From assembly GCA_964016885.1 (NCBI GenBank), contig OZ024742.1, forward strand, positions 365,800,001 to 365,864,000: 64,000 bases of DNA, read 5' to 3'. Position numbers and translations under genes: made by a program. The DNA comes from Eledone cirrhosa (taxonomy: Eukaryota). Under the pieces are notes generated by a model. It was not told where the DNA came from. It did not search any database and worked only from the letters and a program-made list of their open reading frames with translations. Positions 15,001 to 30,000 of this stretch are shown in pieces. Position 1 is the stretch's first letter, and every line of letters begins with the position of its first letter.

Positions 15001-18000
15001 ATATTGTCAGAAAACTATATTCCATATATTGTCAGAAAACTATATTCCATATATTGTTGTCAGAAAACTATATTCCATATATGGTTGTCAGTAAACTATA
15101 TTCCATATATTGTCAGAAAACTATATTCCATATATTGTTGTCAGAAAACTATATTCCATATATTGTTGTCAGAAAACTATATTCCATATATTGTCAGAAA
15201 ACTATATTCCATATATTGTCAGAAAACTATATTCCATATATTGTTGTCAGTAAACTATATTCCATATATTGTCAGAAAACTATATTCCATATATCGTTGT
15301 CAGAAAACTATATTCCATATATTGATGTCTGAAAACTATATTCCATATATTGTCAGAAAACTATATTCCATATATTGTTGTCAGTAAACTATATTCCATA
15401 TATTGTCAGAAAACTATATTCCATATATTGTTGTCAGAAAACTATATTCCATATATTGTCAGAAAACTATATTCCATATATTGTTGTCAGAAAACTATAT
15501 TCCATATATTGTGAGAAAACTATTTTCCATATATTGTCAGAAAACTATATTCCATATATTGATGTCTGAAAACTATATTCCATATATTGTCAGAAAACTA
15601 TATTACATATATTGTTGTCAGAAAACTATATTCCATATATTGTCAGAAAACTATATTCCATATATTGTTGTCAGAAAACTATATTCCATATATTGTCAGA
15701 AAACTATATTCCATATATTGTTGTCAGTAAACTATATTCCATATATTGTCAGAAAACTATATTCCATATATTGTTGTCAGAATACTATATTCCATATATT
15801 GTCAGAAAACTATATTCCATATATTGTTGTCAGAAAACTATATTCCATATATTGTCAGAAAACTATATTCCATATATTGTTGTCAGAAAACTATATTCCA
15901 TATATTGTCAGAAAACTATATTCCATATATTGTCAGAAAACTATATTCCATATATTGTTGTCAGAAAACTATATTCCATATATTGTTGTCAGAAAACTAT
16001 ATTCCATATATTGTCAGAAAACTATATTCCATATATTGTCAGAAAACTATATTCCATATATTGATGTCAGAAAACTATATTCCATATATTGTCAGAAAAC
16101 TATATTCCATATATTGTTGTCAGTAAACTATATTCCATATATTGTCAGAAAACTATATTCCATATATTGTTGTCAGAAAACTATATTCCATATATTGTCA
16201 GAAAACTATATTCCATATATTGTCAGAAAACTATATTCCATATATTGTTGTCAGTAAACTATATTCCATATATTGTTGCCAGAAAACTATATTCCATATA
16301 TTGTTGTCAGAAAACTATATTCCATATATTGTCAGAAAACTATATTCCATATATTGTCAGAAAACTATATTCCATATATTGATGTTTGAAAACTATATTC
16401 CATATATTGTCAGAAAACTATATTACATATATTGTTGTCAGAAAACTATATTCCCTATATTGTCGGAAAACTATATTCCATATATTGTTGTCAGAAAACT
16501 ATATTCCATATATTGTCAGACAACTATATTCCATATATTGTTGTCAGTAAACTATATTCCATATATTGTTGTTAGAAAACTATATTCCATATATTGTTGT
16601 CAGAAAACTATATTCCATATATTGTTGTCAGTAAACTATATTCCATATATTGTTGTCAGAAAACTATATTCCATATATTGTCATATATTGTCAGACAATT
16701 ATATTCCATATATTGTTGTCAGAAAACTATATTCCATATATTGTTGTCAGAAAACTATATTCCATATATTGTCAGAAAACTATATTCCATATATTGTTGT
16801 CAGTAAACTATATTCCATATATTGTTGCCAGAAAACTATATTCCATATATTGTTGTCAGAAAACTATATTCCATATATTGTCAGAAAACTATATTCCATA
16901 TATTGTCAGAAAACTATATTCCATATATTGATGTTTGAAAACTATATTCCATATATTGTCAGAAAACTATATTACATATATTGTTGTCAGAAAACTATAT
17001 TCCCTATATTGTCGGAAAACTATATTCCATATATTGTTGTCAGAAAACTATATTCCATATATTGTCAGACAACTATATTCCATATATTGTTGTCAGTAAA
17101 CTATATTCCATATATTGTTGTTAGAAAACTATATTCCATATATTGTTGTCAGAAAACTATATTCCATATATTGTTGTCAGTAAACTATATTCCATATATT
17201 GTCAGAAAACTATATTCCATATATTGTTGTCAGAAAACTATATTCCATATATTGTCAGAAAACTATATTCCATATATTGTTGTCAGAAAACTATATTCCA
17301 TATATTGTGAGAAAACTATTTTCCATATATTGTCAGAAAACTATATTCCATATATTGATGTCTGAAAACTATATTCCATATATTGTCAGAAAACTATATT
17401 ACATATATTGTTGTCAGAAAACTATATTCCATATATTGTCAGAAAACTATATTCCATATATTGTTGTCAGAAAACTATATTCCATATATTGTCAGAAAAC
17501 TATATTCCATATATTGTTGTCAGTAAACTATATTCCATATATTGTCAGAAAACTATATTCCATATATTGTTGTCAGAATACTATATTCCATATATTGTCA
17601 GAAAACTATATTCCATATATTGTTGTCAGAAAACTATATTCCATATATTGTCAGAAAACTATATTCCATATATTGTTGTCAGTAAACTATATTCCATATA
17701 TTGTCAGAAAACTATATTCCATATATTGTCAGAAAACTATATTCCATATATTGTTGTCAGAAAACTATATTCCATATATTGTTGTCAGAAAACTATATTC
17801 CATATATTGTCAGAAAACTATATTCCATATATTGTCAGAAAACTATATTCCATATATTGATGTCAGAAAACTATATTCCATATATTGTCAGAAAACTATA
17901 TTCCATATATTGTTGTCAGTAAACTATATTCCATATATTGTCAGAAAACTATATTCCATATATTGTTGTCAGAAAACTATATTCCATATATTGTCAGAAA

Positions 18001-21000
18001 ACTATATTCCATATATTGTCAGAAAACTATATTCCATATATTGTTGTCAGTAAACTATATTCCATATATTGTTGCCAGAAAACTATATTCCATATATTGT
18101 TGTCAGAAAACTATATTCCATATATTGTCAGAAAACTATATTCCATATATTGTCAGAAAACTATATTCCATATATTGATGTTTGAAAACTATATTCCATA
18201 TATTGTCAGAAAACTATATTACATATATTGTTGTCAGAAAACTATATTCCCTATATTGTCGGAAAACTATATTCCATATATTGTTGTCAGAAAACTATAT
18301 TCCATATATTGTCAGACAACTATATTCCATATATTGTTGTCAGTAAACTATATTCCATATATTGTTGTTAGAAAACTATATTCCATATATTGTTGTCAGA
18401 AAACTATATTCCATATATTGTTGTCAGTAAACTATATTCCATATATTGTCAGAAAGCTATATTCCATATATTGTTGTCAGAAAACTATATTCCATATATT
18501 GTCAGAAAACTATATTCCATATATTGTTGTCAGAAAACTATATTCCATATATTGTGAGAAAACTATTTTCCATATATTGTCAGAAAACTATATTCCATAT
18601 ATTGATGTCTGAAAACTATATTCCATATATTGTCAGAAAACTATATTACATATATTGTTGTCAGAAAACTATATTCCATATATTGTCAGAAAACTATATT
18701 CCATATATTGTTGTCAGAAAACTATATTCCATATATTGTCAGAAAACTATATTCCATATATTGTTGTCAGTAAACTATATTCCATATATTGTCAGAAAAC
18801 TATATTCCATATATTGTTGTCAGAATACTATATTCCATATATTGTCAGAAAACTATATTCCATATATTGTTGTCAGAAAACTATATTCCATATATTGTCA
18901 GAAAACTATATTCCATATATTGTTGTCAGAAAACTATATTCCATATATTGTCAGAAAACTATATTCCATATATTGTCAGAAAACTATATTCCATATATTG
19001 TTGTCAGAAAACTATATTCCATATATTGTTGTCAGAAAACTATATTCCATATATTGTCAGAAAACTATATTCCATATATTGTCAGAAAACTATATTCCAT
19101 ATATTGATGTCAGAAAACTATATTCCATATATTGTCAGAAAACTATATTCCATATATTGTTGTCAGTAAACTATATTCCATATATTGTCAGAAAACTATA
19201 TTCCATATATTGTTGTCAGAAAACTATATTCCATATATTGTCAGAAAACTATATTCCATATATTGTCAGAAAACTATATTCCATATATTGTTGTCAGAAA
19301 ACTATATTCCATATATTGTCAGAAAACTATATTCCATATATTGTTGTCAGAAAACTATATTCCATATATTGTCAGAAAACTATATTCCATATATTGTCAG
19401 AAAACTATATTCCATATATTGTCAGAAAACTATATTCCATATGTTGTCAGAAAACTATATTCCATATATTGTTGTCAGAAAACTATATTCCATATACTGT
19501 CAGAAAACTATATTCCATATATTGTCAGAAAACTATATTCCATATGTTGTCAGAAAACTATATTCCATATATTGTTGTCAGAAAACTATATTCCATATAT
19601 TGTCAGAGATCTATATTCCATATATTGTTGTCAGGAAACTATATTCCATATATTGTCAGACAACTATATTCCATATATTGTTGTCAGTAAACTATATTCC
19701 ATATATTGTTGTTAGAAAACTATATTCCATATATTGTCAGAAAACTATATTCCATATATTGTCAGAAAACTATATTCCATATATTGTCAGAAAACTATAT
19801 TCCATATATTGTCAGAAAACTATATTCCATATATTGTTGTCAGAAAAATATATTCCATATATTGTCAGAAAACTATATTCCATATAATGTTGTCAGTAAA
19901 CTATATTTCATATATTGTTGTCAGAAAACTATATTCCAGATATTGTTGTCAGAAAACTATATTCCATATACTGTCAGAAAACTATATTCCATATATTGTC
20001 AGAAAACTATATTCCATATGTTGTCAGAAAACTATATTCCATATATTGTTGTCAGAAAACTATATTCCATATACTGTCAGAAAACTATATTCCATATATT
20101 GTCAGAAAACTATATTCCATATGTTGTCAGAAAACTATATTCCATATATTGTTGTCAGAAAACTATATTCCATATATTGTCAGAAAACTATTTCCATATA
20201 TTGTTGTCAGGAAACTATATTCCATATATTCTCAGACAACTATATTCCATATATTGTTGTCAGTAAACTATATTCCATTTATTGTTGTCAGAAAACTATA
20301 TTCCATATATTGTTGTCAGAAAACTATATTCCATATATTGTTGTCAGTAAACAATATTCCCTATATTGACAGAAAACTATATTCCATATATTGTTCTCAG
20401 TAAACTATATTCCATATATTGTCAGACAACTATATTCCATATATTGTTGTCAGTAAACTATATTCCATATATTGTCAGAAAACTATATTCCATATATCGT
20501 TGTCAGAAAACTATATTCCATATATTGATGTCTGAAAACTATATTCCATATATTGTCAGGAAACTATATTCTATATATTGTTGTCAGAAAACTATATTCC
20601 ATATATTGTCAGAAAACTATATTCCATAAATTGTTGTCAGAAAACTATATTCCATATATTGTCAGAGAACTATATTCCATATATTGTTGTCAGGAAACTA
20701 TATTCCACATATTGTCAGACAACTATATTCCATATATTGTTGTCAGTAAACTATATTCCATATATTGTTGTTAGAAAACTATATTCCATATATTGTCAGA
20801 AAACTATATTCCATATATTGTCATAAAACTATATTCCATATATTGTCAGAAAACTATATTCCATATATTGTTGTCAGAAAACTATATTCCATATATTGTC
20901 AGAAAAATATATTCCATATATTGTTGTTAGAAAACTATATTCCATATATTGTCAGAAAACTATATTCCATATATTGTTGTCAGTAAACTATATTCCATAT

Positions 21001-24000
21001 ATTGTCAGAAAACTATATTCCATATATTGTCAGAAAACTATATTCCATATATTGTTGTCAGAAAACTATATTCCATATATTGTCAGAAAACTATATTCCA
21101 TATATTGTTGTCAGAAAACTATATTTCATATATTGTCAGAAAACTATATTCCATATATTGTCAGAAAACTATATTACATATATTGTTGTCAGAAAACTAT
21201 ATCCCATATATGGTTGTCAGAAAACTATATTGCATATATTGTCAGAAAACTATATTCCATATATTGTTGTCAGTAAACTATATTCCATATATTGTCAGAA
21301 AACTATATTCCATATATTGTTGTCAGAAAACTATATTCCATATATTGTCAGAAAACTATATTCCATATATTGTCAGAAAACTATATTCCATATATGGTTG
21401 TCAGAAAACTATATTCCATATATTGTCAGAAAACTATATTCCATATATTGTTGTCAGAAAACTATATTCCATATATTGTCAGACAACTATATTCCATATA
21501 TTGTTGTCAGAAAACTATATTCCATATATTGTTGTCAGTAAACTATATTCCATATATTGTTGTCAGAAAACTATATTCCATATATTGTTGTCAGAAAACT
21601 ATATTCCATATATTGTTGTCAGAAAACTATATTCCATATATTGTCAGAAAACTATATTCCATATATTGTTGTCAGAAAACTATATTCCATATATTGTCCG
21701 AAAACTGTATTCCATATATTGTTGTTAGTAAATTATATTCCATATATTGTCAGAAAACTATATTCCATATATTGTTGTCAGAAAACTATATTCCATATAT
21801 TGTCAGAAAACTATATTCCTTATATTGTCAGAAAACTATATTCCATATATTGTCCGAAAACTATATTCCATATATTGTTAGAAAACTATATTCCATATAT
21901 TGTTGTCATAAAACTATATTACATATATTGTTGTCATAAAACTATATTCCATATATTGTCAGAAAACTATATTCCATATATTGTTAGAAAACTATATTCC
22001 ATATATTGATGTCAGTAAACTATATTACATATATTGTCAGAAAACTATATTCCATATATTGTTGTCAGTAAACTATATTCCATATATTGTTGTCAGTAAA
22101 CTATATTCCATATATTGTCAGAAAACTATATTCCATATATTGTAGTCAGTAAAGTATATTCCATATAATGTCAGAAAACTATATTCCATATATTGTTGTC
22201 AGTAAACTATATTCCATATATTGTCAGACAACTATATTCCATATATTGTTGTCAGTAAACTATATTCCATATATTGTCAGAAAACTATATTCCATATATC
22301 GTTGTCAGAAAACTATATTCCATATATTGATGTCTGAAAACTATATTCCATATATTGTCAGAAAACTATATTCTATATATTGTTGTCAGAAAACTATATT
22401 CCACATATTGATGTCTGAAAACTATATTCCATATATTGTCAGAAAACTATATTCTATATATTGCTGTCAGAAAACTATATTCCATATATTGTTGTCAGGA
22501 AACTATATTCCACATATTGTCAGACAACTATATTCCATATATTGTTGTCAGTAAACTATATTCCATATATTGTTGTTAGAAAACTATATTCCATATATTG
22601 TCAGAAAACTATATTCCATATATTGTCAGAAAACTATATTCCATATATTGTCAGAAAACTATATTCCATATATTGTCAGAAAACTATATTCCATATATTG
22701 TTGTCAGAAAACTATATTCCATATATTGTCAGAAAACTATATTCCATATATTGTTGTCAGTAAACTATATTTCATATATTGTCAGAAAACTATATTCCAT
22801 ATATTGTTGTCAGAAAACTATATTCCATATATTGTTGTCAGTAAACTATATTCCATATATTGTTGTCAGAAAACTATATTCCATATATTGTCAGAAAACT
22901 ATATTCCATATATTGTTGTCAGAAAACTATTTTCCATATATTGTCAGAAAACTATATTCCATATATTGTTGTCAGAAAACTATATTCCATATATTGTCAG
23001 AAAACTATATTCCATATATTGTCAGAAAACTATATTCCATATATTGTCAGAAAACTATATTCCATATGTTGTCAGAAAACTATATTCCATATATTGTTGT
23101 CAGAAAACTATATTCCATATATTGTCAGAAAACTATATTCCATATATTGTTGTCAGAAAACTATATTCCATATATTGTCAGACAACTATATTCCATATAT
23201 TGTTGTCAGTAAACTATATTCCATTTATTGTTGTCAGAAAACTATATTCCATATATTGTTGTCAGAAAACTATATTCCATATATTGTTGTCAGTAAACAA
23301 TATTCCATATATTGTCAGAAAACTATATTCCATAAATTGTTGTCAGTAAACTATATTCCATATATTGTTGTCAGAAAACTATATTCCATATATTGTCAGA
23401 AAACTATATTCCATATATTGTTGTCAGTAAACTATATTCCATATATTGTCAGAAAACTATATTCCATATATTGTTGTCAGAAAACTATATTACATATATT
23501 GTCAGAAAACTATATTCCATATATTGTCAGAAAACTATATTCCATATATCGTTGTCAGAAAACTATATTCCATATATTGATGTCTGAAAACTATATTCCA
23601 TATATTGTCAGAAAACTATATTCTATATATTGTTGTCAGTTAACTATATTCCATATATTGTCAGAAAACTATATTCCATATATTGTTGTCAGAAAACTAT
23701 ATTCCATATATTGTCAGAGAACTATATTCTATATATTGTTGTCAGGAAACTATATTCCATATATTGTCAGACATCTATATTCCATATATTGTTGTCAGTA
23801 AACTATATTCCATATATTGTTGTTAGAAAACTATATTCCATATATTGTCAGAAAACTATATTCCATATATTGTCAGAAAACTATATTCCATATATTGTCA
23901 GAAAACTATATTCCATATATTGTCAGAAAACTATATTCCATATATTGTTGTCAGAAAACTATATTCCATATATTGTCAGAAAACTATATTCCATATATTG

Positions 24001-27000
24001 TTGTCAGTAAACTATATTTCATATATTGTCAGAAAACTATATTCCATATATTGTTGTCAGAAAACTATATTCCATATATTGTCAGAAAACTATATTCCAT
24101 ATATTGTCAGAAAACTATATTCCATATATTGTCAGAAAACTATATTCCATATATTGTTGTCAGAAAACTATATTCCATATATTGTCAGAAAACTATATTC
24201 CATATATTGTTGTCAGAAAACTATATTCCATATATTGTCAGAAAACTATATTCCATATATTGTCAGAAAACTATATTCCATATATTGTCAGAAAACTATA
24301 TTCCATATGTTGTCAGAAAACTATATTCCATATATTGTTGTCAGAAAACTATATTCCATATATTGTCAGAAAACTATATTCCATATATTGTCAGAAAACT
24401 ATATTCCATATGTTGTCAGAAAACTATATTCCATATATTGTTGTCAGAAAACTATATTCCAGATATTGTTGTCAGAAAACTATATTCCATATACTGTCAG
24501 AAAACTATATTCCATATATTGTCAGAAAACTATATTCCATATGTTGTCAGAAAACTATATTCCATATATTGTTGTCAGAAAACTATATTCCATATATTGT
24601 CAGAAAACTATTTCCATATATTGTTGTCAGGAAACTATATTCCATATATTGTCAGACAACTATATTCCATATATTGTTGTCAGTAAACTATATTCCATTT
24701 ATTGTTGTCAGAAAACTATATTCCATATATTGTTGTCAGAAAACTATATTCCATATATTGTTGTCAGTAAACAATATTCCATATATTGTCAGAAAACTAT
24801 ATTCCATATATTGTTGTCAGTAAACTATATTCCATATATTGTTGTCAGAAAACTATATTCCATATATTGTCAGAAAACTATATTCCATATATTGTTGTCA
24901 GAAAACTATATTCCATATATTGTCAGAAAACTATATTCCATATATTGTTGTCAGAAAACTATATTCCATATATTGTCAGAAAACTATATTCCATATATTG
25001 TTGTCAGAAAACTATATTCCATATATTGTCAGACTACTATATTCCATATATTGTTGTCAGTAAACTATATTCCATATATTGTTGTTAGAAAACTATATTC
25101 CATATATTGTTGTCAGAAAACTATATTCCATATATTGTTGTCAGTAAACTATATTCCATATATTGTCAGAAAACTATATTCCATATATTGTTGTCAGAAA
25201 ACTATATTCCATATATTGTCAGAAAACTATATTCCATATATTGTTGTCAGAAAACTATATTCCATATATTGTCAGAAAACTATATTCCATATATTGTTGT
25301 CAGTAAACTATATTCCATATATTGTCAGAAAACTATATTCCATATATTGTTGTCAGAAAACTATATTACATATATTGTCAGAAAACTATATTCCATATAT
25401 TGTCAGAAAACTATATTCCATATATCGTTGTCAGAAAACTATATTCCATATATTGATGTCTGAAAACTATATTCCATATATTGTCAGAAAACTATATTCT
25501 ATATATTGTTGTCAGTTAACTATATTCCATATATTGTCAGAAAACTATATTCCATATATTGTTGTCAGAAAACTATATTCCATATATTGTCAGAGAACTA
25601 TATTCTATATATTGTTGTCAGGAAACTATATTCCATATATTGTCAGACATCTATATTCCATATATTGTTGTCAGTAAACTATATTCCATATATTGTTGTT
25701 AGAAAACTATATTCCATATATTGTCAGAAAACTATATTCCATATATTGTCAGAAAACTATATTCCATATATTGTCAGAAAACTATATTCCATATATTGTC
25801 AGAAAACTATATTCCATATATTGTTGTCAGAAAACTATATTCCATATATTGTCAGAAAACTATATTCCATATATTGTTGTCAGTAAACTATATTTCATAT
25901 ATTGTCAGAAAACTATATTCCATATATTGTTGTCAGAAAACTATATTCCATATATTGTCAGAAAACTATATTCCATATATTGTCAGAAAACTATATTCCA
26001 TATATTGTCAGAAAACTATATTCCATATATTGTTGTCAGAAAACTATATTCCATATATTGTCAGAAAACTATATTCCATATATTGTTGTCAGAAAACTAT
26101 ATTCCATATATTGTCAGAAAACTATATTCCATATATTGTCAGAAAACTATATTCCATATATTGTCAGAAAACTATATTCCATATGTTGTCAGAAAACTAT
26201 ATTCCATATATTGTTGTCAGAAAACTATATTCCATATATTGTCAGAAAACTATATTCCATATATTGTCAGAAAACTATATTCCATATGTTGTCAGAAAAC
26301 TATATTCCATATATTGTTGTCAGAAAACTATATTCCAGATATTGTTGTCAGAAAACTATATTCCATATACTGTCAGAAAACTATATTCCATATATTGTCA
26401 GAAAACTATATTCCATATGTTGTCAGAAAACTATATTCCATATATTGTTGTCAGAAAACTATATTCCATATATTGTCAGAAAACTATTTCCATATATTGT
26501 TGTCAGGAAACTATATTCCATATATTGTCAGACAACTATATTCCATATATTGTTGTCAGTAAACTATATTCCATTTATTGTTGTCAGAAAACTATATTCC
26601 ATATATTGTTGTCAGAAAACTATATTCCATATATTGTTGTCAGTAAACAATATTCCATATATTGTCAGAAAACTATATTCCATATATTGTTGTCAGTAAA
26701 CTATATTCCATATATTGTTGTCAGAAAACTATATTCCATATATTGTCAGAAAACTATATTCCATATATTGTTGTCAGAAAACTATATTCCATATATTGTC
26801 AGAAAACTATATTCCATATATTGTTGTCAGAAAACTATATTCCATATATTGTCAGAAAACTATATTCCATATATTGTTGTCAGAAAACTATATTCCATAT
26901 ATTGTCAGACTACTATATTCCATATATTGTTGTCAGTAAACTATATTCCATATATTGTTGTTAGAAAACTATATTCCATATATTGTTGTCAGAAAACTAT

Positions 27001-30000
27001 ATTCCATATATTGTTGTCAGTAAACTATATTCCATATATTGTCAGAAAACTATATTCCATATATTGTTGTCAGAAAACTATATTCCATATATTGTCAGAA
27101 AACTATATTCCATATATTGTTGTCAGAAAACTATATTCCATATATTGTCAGAAAACTATATTCCATATATTGTCAGAAAACTATATTCCATAAATTGTTG
27201 TCAGTAAACTATATTCCATATATTGTTGTCAGAAAACTATATTCCATATATTGTCAGAAAACTATATTCCATATATTGTTGTCAGTAAACTATATTCCAT
27301 ATATTGTCAGAAAACTATATTCCATATATTGTTGTCAGAAAACTATATTACATATATTGTCAGAAAACTATATTCCATATATTGTCAGAAAACTATATTC
27401 CATATATCGTTGTCAGAAAACTATATTCCATATATTGATGTCTGAAAACTATATTCCATATATTGTCAGAAAACTATATTCTATATATTGTTGTCAGTTA
27501 ACTATATTCCATATATTGTCAGAAAACTATATTCCATATATTGTTGTCAGAAAACTATATTCCATATATTGTCAGAGAACTATATTCTATATATTGTTGT
27601 CAGGAAACTATATTCCATATATTGTCAGACATCTATATTCCATATATTGTTGTCAGTAAACTATATTCCATATATTGTTGTTAGAAAACTATATTCCATA
27701 TATTGTCAGAAAACTATATTCCATATATTGTCAGAAAACTATATTCCATATATTGTCAGAAAACTATATTCCATATATTGTCAGAAAACTATATTCCATA
27801 TATTGTTGTCAGAAAACTATATTCCATATATTGTCAGAAAACTATATTCCATATATTGTTGTCAGTAAACTATATTTCATATATTGTCAGAAAACTATAT
27901 TCCATATATTGTTGTCAGAAAACTATATTCCATATATTGTCAGACTACTATATTCCATATATTGTTGTCAGTAAACTATATTCCATATATTGTTGTTAGA
28001 AAACTATATTCCATATATTGTTGTCAGAAAACTATATTCCATATATTGTTGTCAGTAAACTATATTCCATATATTGTCAGAAAACTATATTCCATATATT
28101 GTTGTCAGAAAACTATATTCCATATATAGTCAGAAAACTATATTCCATATATTGTTGTCAGAAAACTATATTCCATATATTGTCAGAAAACTATATTCCA
28201 TATATTGTCAGAAAACTATATTCCATAAATTGTTGTCAGTAAACTATATTCCATATATTGTTGTCAGAAAACTATATTCCATATATTGTCAGAAAACTAT
28301 ATTCCATATATTGTTGTCAGTAAACTATATTCCATATATTGTCAGAAAACTATATTCCATATATTGTTGTCAGAAAACTATATTACATATATTGTCAGAA
28401 AACTATATTCCATATATTGTCAGAAAACTATATTCCATATATTGTTGTCAGTAAACTATATTCCATATATTGTCAGAAAACTATATTCCATATATTGATG
28501 TCTGAAAACTATATTCCATATATTGTCAGAAAACTATATTCTATATATTGTTGTCAGTTAACTATATTCCATATATTGTCAGAAAACTATATTCCATATA
28601 TTGTTGTCAGAAAACTATATTCCATATATTGTCAGAGAACTATATTCTATATATTGTTGTCAGGAAACTATATTCCATATATTGTCAGACATCTATATTC
28701 CATATATTGTTGTCAGTAAACTATATTCCATATATTGTTGTTAGAAAACTATATTCCATATATTGTCAGAAAACTATATTCCATATATTGTCAGAAAACT
28801 ATATTCCATATATTGTCAGAAAACTATATTCCATATATTGTCAGAAAACTATATTCCATATATTGTTGTCAGAAAACTATATTCCATATATTGTCAGAAA
28901 ACTATATTCCATATATTGTTGTCAGTAAACTATATTTCATATATTGTCAGAAAACTATATTCCATATATTGTTGTCAGTAAACTATATTCCATATATTGT
29001 TGTCAGAAAACTATATTCCATATATTGTCAGAAAACTATATTCCATATATTGTTGTCAGAAAACTATATTCCATATATTGTCAGAAAACTATATTCCATA
29101 TATTGTTGTCAGAAAACTATATTCCATATATTGTCAGAAAACTATATTCCATATATTGTTGTCAGAAAACTATATTCCATATATTGTCAGACTACTATAT
29201 TCCATATATTGTTGTCAGTAAACTATATTCCATATATTGTTGTTAGAAAACTATATTCCATATATTGTTGTCAGAAAACTATATTCCATATATTGTTGTC
29301 AGTAAACTATATTCCATATATTGTCAGAAAACTATATTCCATATATTGTTGTCAGAAAACTATATTCCATATATTGTCAGAAAACTATATTCCATATATT
29401 GTTGTCAGAAAACTATATTCCATATATTGTCAGAAAACTATATTCCATATATTGTCAGAAAACTATATTCCATAAATTGTTGTCAGTAAACTATATTCCA
29501 TATATTGTTGTCAGAAAACTATATTCCATATATTGTCAGAAAACTATATTCCATATATTGTTGTCAGTAAACTATATTCCATATATTGTCAGAAAACTAT
29601 ATTCCATATATTGTTGTCAGAAAACTATATTACATATATTGTCAGAAAACTATATTCCATATATTGTCAGAAAACTATATTCCATATATCGTTGTCAGAA
29701 AACTATATTCCATATATTGATGTCTGAAAACTATATTCCATATATTGTCAGAAAACTATATTCTATATATTGTTGTCAGTTAACTATATTCCATATATTG
29801 TCAGAAAACTATATTCCATATATTGTTGTCAGAAAACTATATTCCATATATTGTCAGAGAACTATATTCTATATATTGTTGTCAGGAAACTATATTCCAT
29901 ATATTGTCAGACATCTATATTCCATATATTGTTGTCAGTAAACTATATTCCATATATTGTTGTTAGAAAACTATATTCCATATATTGTCAGAAAACTATA

